Virus record (IMG/VR): IMGVR_UViG_3300050821_002957
Coordinates: 124,001-188,000 of that record
Reading direction: 5' to 3' (one strand)
Length of the DNA: 64,000 nt
This document shows, in pieces, positions 61,025 to 64,000 of the stretch. Under the pieces are notes generated by a model, which was not told the DNA's origin, made no database searches, and saw only the letters and a program-made list of their open reading frames with translations. How positions within the stretch are numbered: position 1 is the stretch's first letter; every line of letters starts with the position of its first letter. A program made the translations under genes and the position numbers.

Positions 61025-62242
61025 GTGCAACAAACTAGAACATCGACGACTTTTCGTGTTAAACATACTCCGTGGAATAAAGGTAAGAAGACCGGAGTTG
61101 GTGGACCTAAAGGGAGAAAATGGACAACAGAAGAGCGTCAACGAAGTTCTGAGGTACGGAAAGGACAAACCCCTTGGAATAAAGGGAAGACGGGAATTGG
61201 TGTGTGGTCCTCACAGCGCCGCAAACAACATACCGAAAAGATGAAAAAACGGTGGGCTGTTTCCCTGCAAACACGAGATGAAAAATTATCGGTTTCTATG
61301 AAGAAAGTTCTATCAACAGTGGATTACACTTTCATTAGTCACTATAGAGGAATGACCGGAAAGTGGCCGCTCGTCCGAATCATCTACAAGTGTACAAAAG
61401 GACACAAAATTGATGCTTCATGGCCTGCTGTTAAACGAGCCATAGAAATTCGTGGATCAAATTGTCGCTTGTGTTCAATTCAGGTAAAACGAGAACATCC
61501 TTTTCCTGGTAGAATACACATAAAACCGTTTTCTACATATGCCTTACTATTCAAAGAAGCAGGAGCAACTCTTCTTTCAATTGAATACAATCCTAAAAAG
61601 GAATTTCATTATGTGTGTCGGTGTGGTAAACGTTGTAAAACGACTCACTACCAACGTTACCAGTGTCGAGAGTGTGGAAACAAAGCCGGGGCACAAAAAA
61701 ATCGAGAATTTATTAGACCTATAGGATTAGCCGCTCCTGGTCATCTTGGACAAAAGCGTGCTTCTAGACTCGAACAACTTCAAGCAGAATTTTTAGCAGC
61801 CGGATGTAAGATAACAAAATATGTAAATTGCAAGCGAATGTACTACATTTGTTCATGTGGAGGGTTTGGTGTTTCCACTTTGTGGAATTGGCGTCGGGGC
61901 GCACGATGTTCAAAATGTTCGTCTAGACGACAAGGCAAACAGAAGTCGTTTAAAGAAATTCTAGCCACATTCTTGAAGGCTGGATGTGTCCCTTTGTTCG
62001 ATCAATATCTGAATGCTCATGATCCTTTACGATTTCGTTGTCGATGTGGTCGCATTGCCCAGAAAGGCTTCCAAATGTTCGAGCATCATCCGCACTGCAT
62101 TCATTGTGGGCGAGAAATCCAAGCCCAACAGGGACAGCGTATCACTAAAATTAGAAAATTCTATCAAGAGGCAATTACTAAAATCAATGTTTCCCGAGAA
62201 TTGAAACGTGTCCTGAAAGGGGTCAAGAAGATGGGACCATGA
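61025..62242 (+). CDS. NUMOD3 / zinc-ribbon repeat DNA-binding protein (homing-endonuclease related)
   Basis: PWNKGK twice and repeated CxCG...CxxC; no clear catalytic domain. Confidence 0.65.
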   Translation: MQQTRTSTTFRVKHTPWNKGKKTGVGGPKGRKWTTEERQRSSEVRKGQTPWNKGKTGIGVWSSQRRKQHTEKMKKRWAVSLQTRDEKLSVSMKKVLSTVDYTFISHYRGMTGKWPLVRIIYKCTKGHKIDASWPAVKRAIEIRGSNCRLCSIQVKREHPFPGRIHIKPFSTYALLFKEAGATLLSIEYNPKKEFHYVCRCGKRCKTTHYQRYQCRECGNKAGAQKNREFIRPIGLAAPGHLGQKRASRLEQLQAEFLAAGCKITKYVNCKRMYYICSCGGFGVSTLWNWRRGARCSKCSSRRQGKQKSFKEILATFLKAGCVPLFDQYLNAHDPLRFRCRCGRIAQKGFQMFEHHPHCIHCGREIQAQQGQRITKIRKFYQEAITKINVSRELKRVLKGVKKMGP

Positions 62243-62458
62243 AGGTACTACAATTCCCTAAACCGCAACTGATTCAGTCAGTCGCACCCGGCCAAGTCTA
62301 CGATGATTTGTATGTGATGGAAAAAACAGATCGTCGCCAAGGTGGACATGTGATCTGGCAATGTCGGTGTCAATGTGGGCGTATCACATACGTCACAGCC
62401 TACCGATTAAGATTTCGAGTTATTAAATCATGTGGCAAATGCCGCAAAGGACAACATC

Positions 62459-63193
62459 ATGAACAGCATTACGTTTAAGAACAAATTGCGTCCCTTATCG
62501 GACGAGATCAAGAATGAATTGGCAGCAGTTCGGGACCAGGGCAACTCTGTTTTGGATTCTCTCCAGAGCGTTTTGCTCAAAGCACTCGTCTCGATCCACG
62601 GTGCATGGCGACAGGAACCGATCCCGAACAAGAAAGCGATGTGGGATCATGTTTCAAAAGAAGCGAAGCGTATCCTCGTTGACAAACAACATGGCGGCGG
62701 GGCCGATCATGGTTGGACATTAGGCACCTTCCAGAACTACATAAGTCGGGTGAAGAAAGCCATTGTATTTCAGGTGGACATCTACACCGCCGAAAGTGAA
62801 ACCACGGAATTACTTCGTGAAGCTCAAATTCGTGCCGAGAAGCTGGCCGAAGACGCTGGCAGCATGAAGACCGAAAAGTTCATGGTGGCTGCAATTAAAG
62901 CCGTCAAAGTTGATCGTGAAGCCAGAGCAAAAGCGAACGCCGAAAAGGAAGCAGTGGGACATGGATTTCATGGTCTTCCAAATCCGAATGAATTCAAGGA
63001 CGACGAAGCGCTCGCCCTTGGAACCATCAAGCAGTTCTATTCATATCTTGGATACATCCAAGATCGCATCAAAGGTGACAGCGATGCCGAGAAGCTGCTT
63101 CGCAAGATTCAGAAACAAGTCGTCACCTACAAGGAAGAACATTCTTCTGAGTTTGCTGAATTTGAAGAAGTGCTGGCTTCGGCGGCAGCTTAG
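62459..63193 (+). CDS. hypothetical protein
   Basis: Helical ORF with SD aagga. Confidence 0.6.
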   Translation: MNSITFKNKLRPLSDEIKNELAAVRDQGNSVLDSLQSVLLKALVSIHGAWRQEPIPNKKAMWDHVSKEAKRILVDKQHGGGADHGWTLGTFQNYISRVKKAIVFQVDIYTAESETTELLREAQIRAEKLAEDAGSMKTEKFMVAAIKAVKVDREARAKANAEKEAVGHGFHGLPNPNEFKDDEALALGTIKQFYSYLGYIQDRIKGDSDAEKLLRKIQKQVVTYKEEHSSEFAEFEEVLASAAA

Positions 63194-63711
63194 GTCTCTC
63201 TTTTTCCGAAGAGGGTCATTTTGGCCCTCTTCACTAATCTAAGGCGTTGTATTGATCACGAAGTTGAGTCTTTGTTAATCGTCCGTTTTCGTAATCCTCC
63301 AATAGTTCTGTCAATTTGTTTTCTCGTTCTTGTAGTGTCGATAAACAGCGCTCGACAGCCGGAAAGTTTGTTTTGAGATAAGTCACCAGAATATTTAGTC
63401 GTGGTAGAAATGGCTTTTAACTCCTTTTGTTTCAAGTAAATAGAGGTATCCCTTAAAATATGATGGTTAAGAAAACAAAGTTGGCGGATGGCGTGAGTAG
63501 TATCGAATTTTTAGATCGATACGACAAGCCATGCATCCTGCTCCGAGATACTTTGCCAGACGATGCCATCCCTGGGATTACATTTGTGGTGACCGGACAG
63601 ATTCATTTAGATTTGGATCAAGTACGATGGCTGGCTCGTGAATTGTCTCATTTTGCTGAATGGGGGAAATTTTTAGAATAGGATAAAAAATGCATCTACA
63701 CCTATTTCCAT

Positions 63712-63996
63712 TCAAATCAATCTCTGAGCAAGTAACGCCATGATTTCCTTCTCTTCCTGAAGCGAATGGCGTAACATCTCGTCGATCACGTCAACAGGCT
63801 CTTCCTGAGGTTCTGGCGGCTCTGGTGGGGTTGTTGGGGCCGGTGGTGGTTCTGGGGCCTTGGCCTGTTCCTGAACGTTCTGAGGCTCTGGCTGGCCGAA
63901 CATTGGATCGAATTCATCCAAAAGAGGATCGTAAAAATCTGTAAAAGTTGGTCGCCGGGTTTGCGGTCTTGGCCACAGTTCAAACCGATAGGTCAT
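63712..63996 (-). CDS. Pro-rich hypothetical protein
   Basis: 94-aa ORF at the window edge. Confidence 0.45.
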   Translation of the reverse strand: MTYRFELWPRPQTRRPTFTDFYDPLLDEFDPMFGQPEPQNVQEQAKAPEPPPAPTTPPEPPEPQEEPVDVIDEMLRHSLQEEKEIMALLAQRLI

Positions 63997-64000
63997 TGAA

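Noticed and set aside
1-64000. Stop-codon reassignment or suppressor tRNA
   Set aside because: Conserved genes are intact in code 11 and use all three stops, and no CTA, TCA or TTA anticodon tRNA was seen.

Overview
A 64-kb accessory segment of a large lytic dsDNA phage (jumbo or T4-like), with no structural or replication core genes in the window. The host is probably a diderm bacterium, plausibly Acidobacteriota (PEP-CTERM protein, Bryobacter-type secreted protein, OmpA and beta-barrel proteins). The region is dominated by translation and RNA-repair functions: 13 canonical tRNAs plus 2 degenerate ones, a circularly permuted two-piece tmRNA, six Y-RNA-like (YrlA/YrlB-type) ncRNAs, IF-3, peptide deformylase, two RNA ligases, a 2H phosphoesterase, a cyclic-phosphate-processing receiver protein and a nucleotidyltransferase. 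It also carries metabolic genes (GuaB-like, CoaD, dCMP deaminase, dNMP kinase, thioredoxin, PhoH), an ABC/OmpA membrane operon and HNH endonucleases. The most striking feature is three unannotated leaderless mini-ORFs, each followed by a hairpin and placed upstream of a tRNA cluster. Each is enriched in codons read by the tRNAs downstream (Thr; Thr-ACA/Asp; His/Gln/Glu), suggesting codon-sensing attenuators that switch on phage tRNA genes when the cognate tRNA runs short. All protein-family calls come from motif recognition by eye; no database searches were run.
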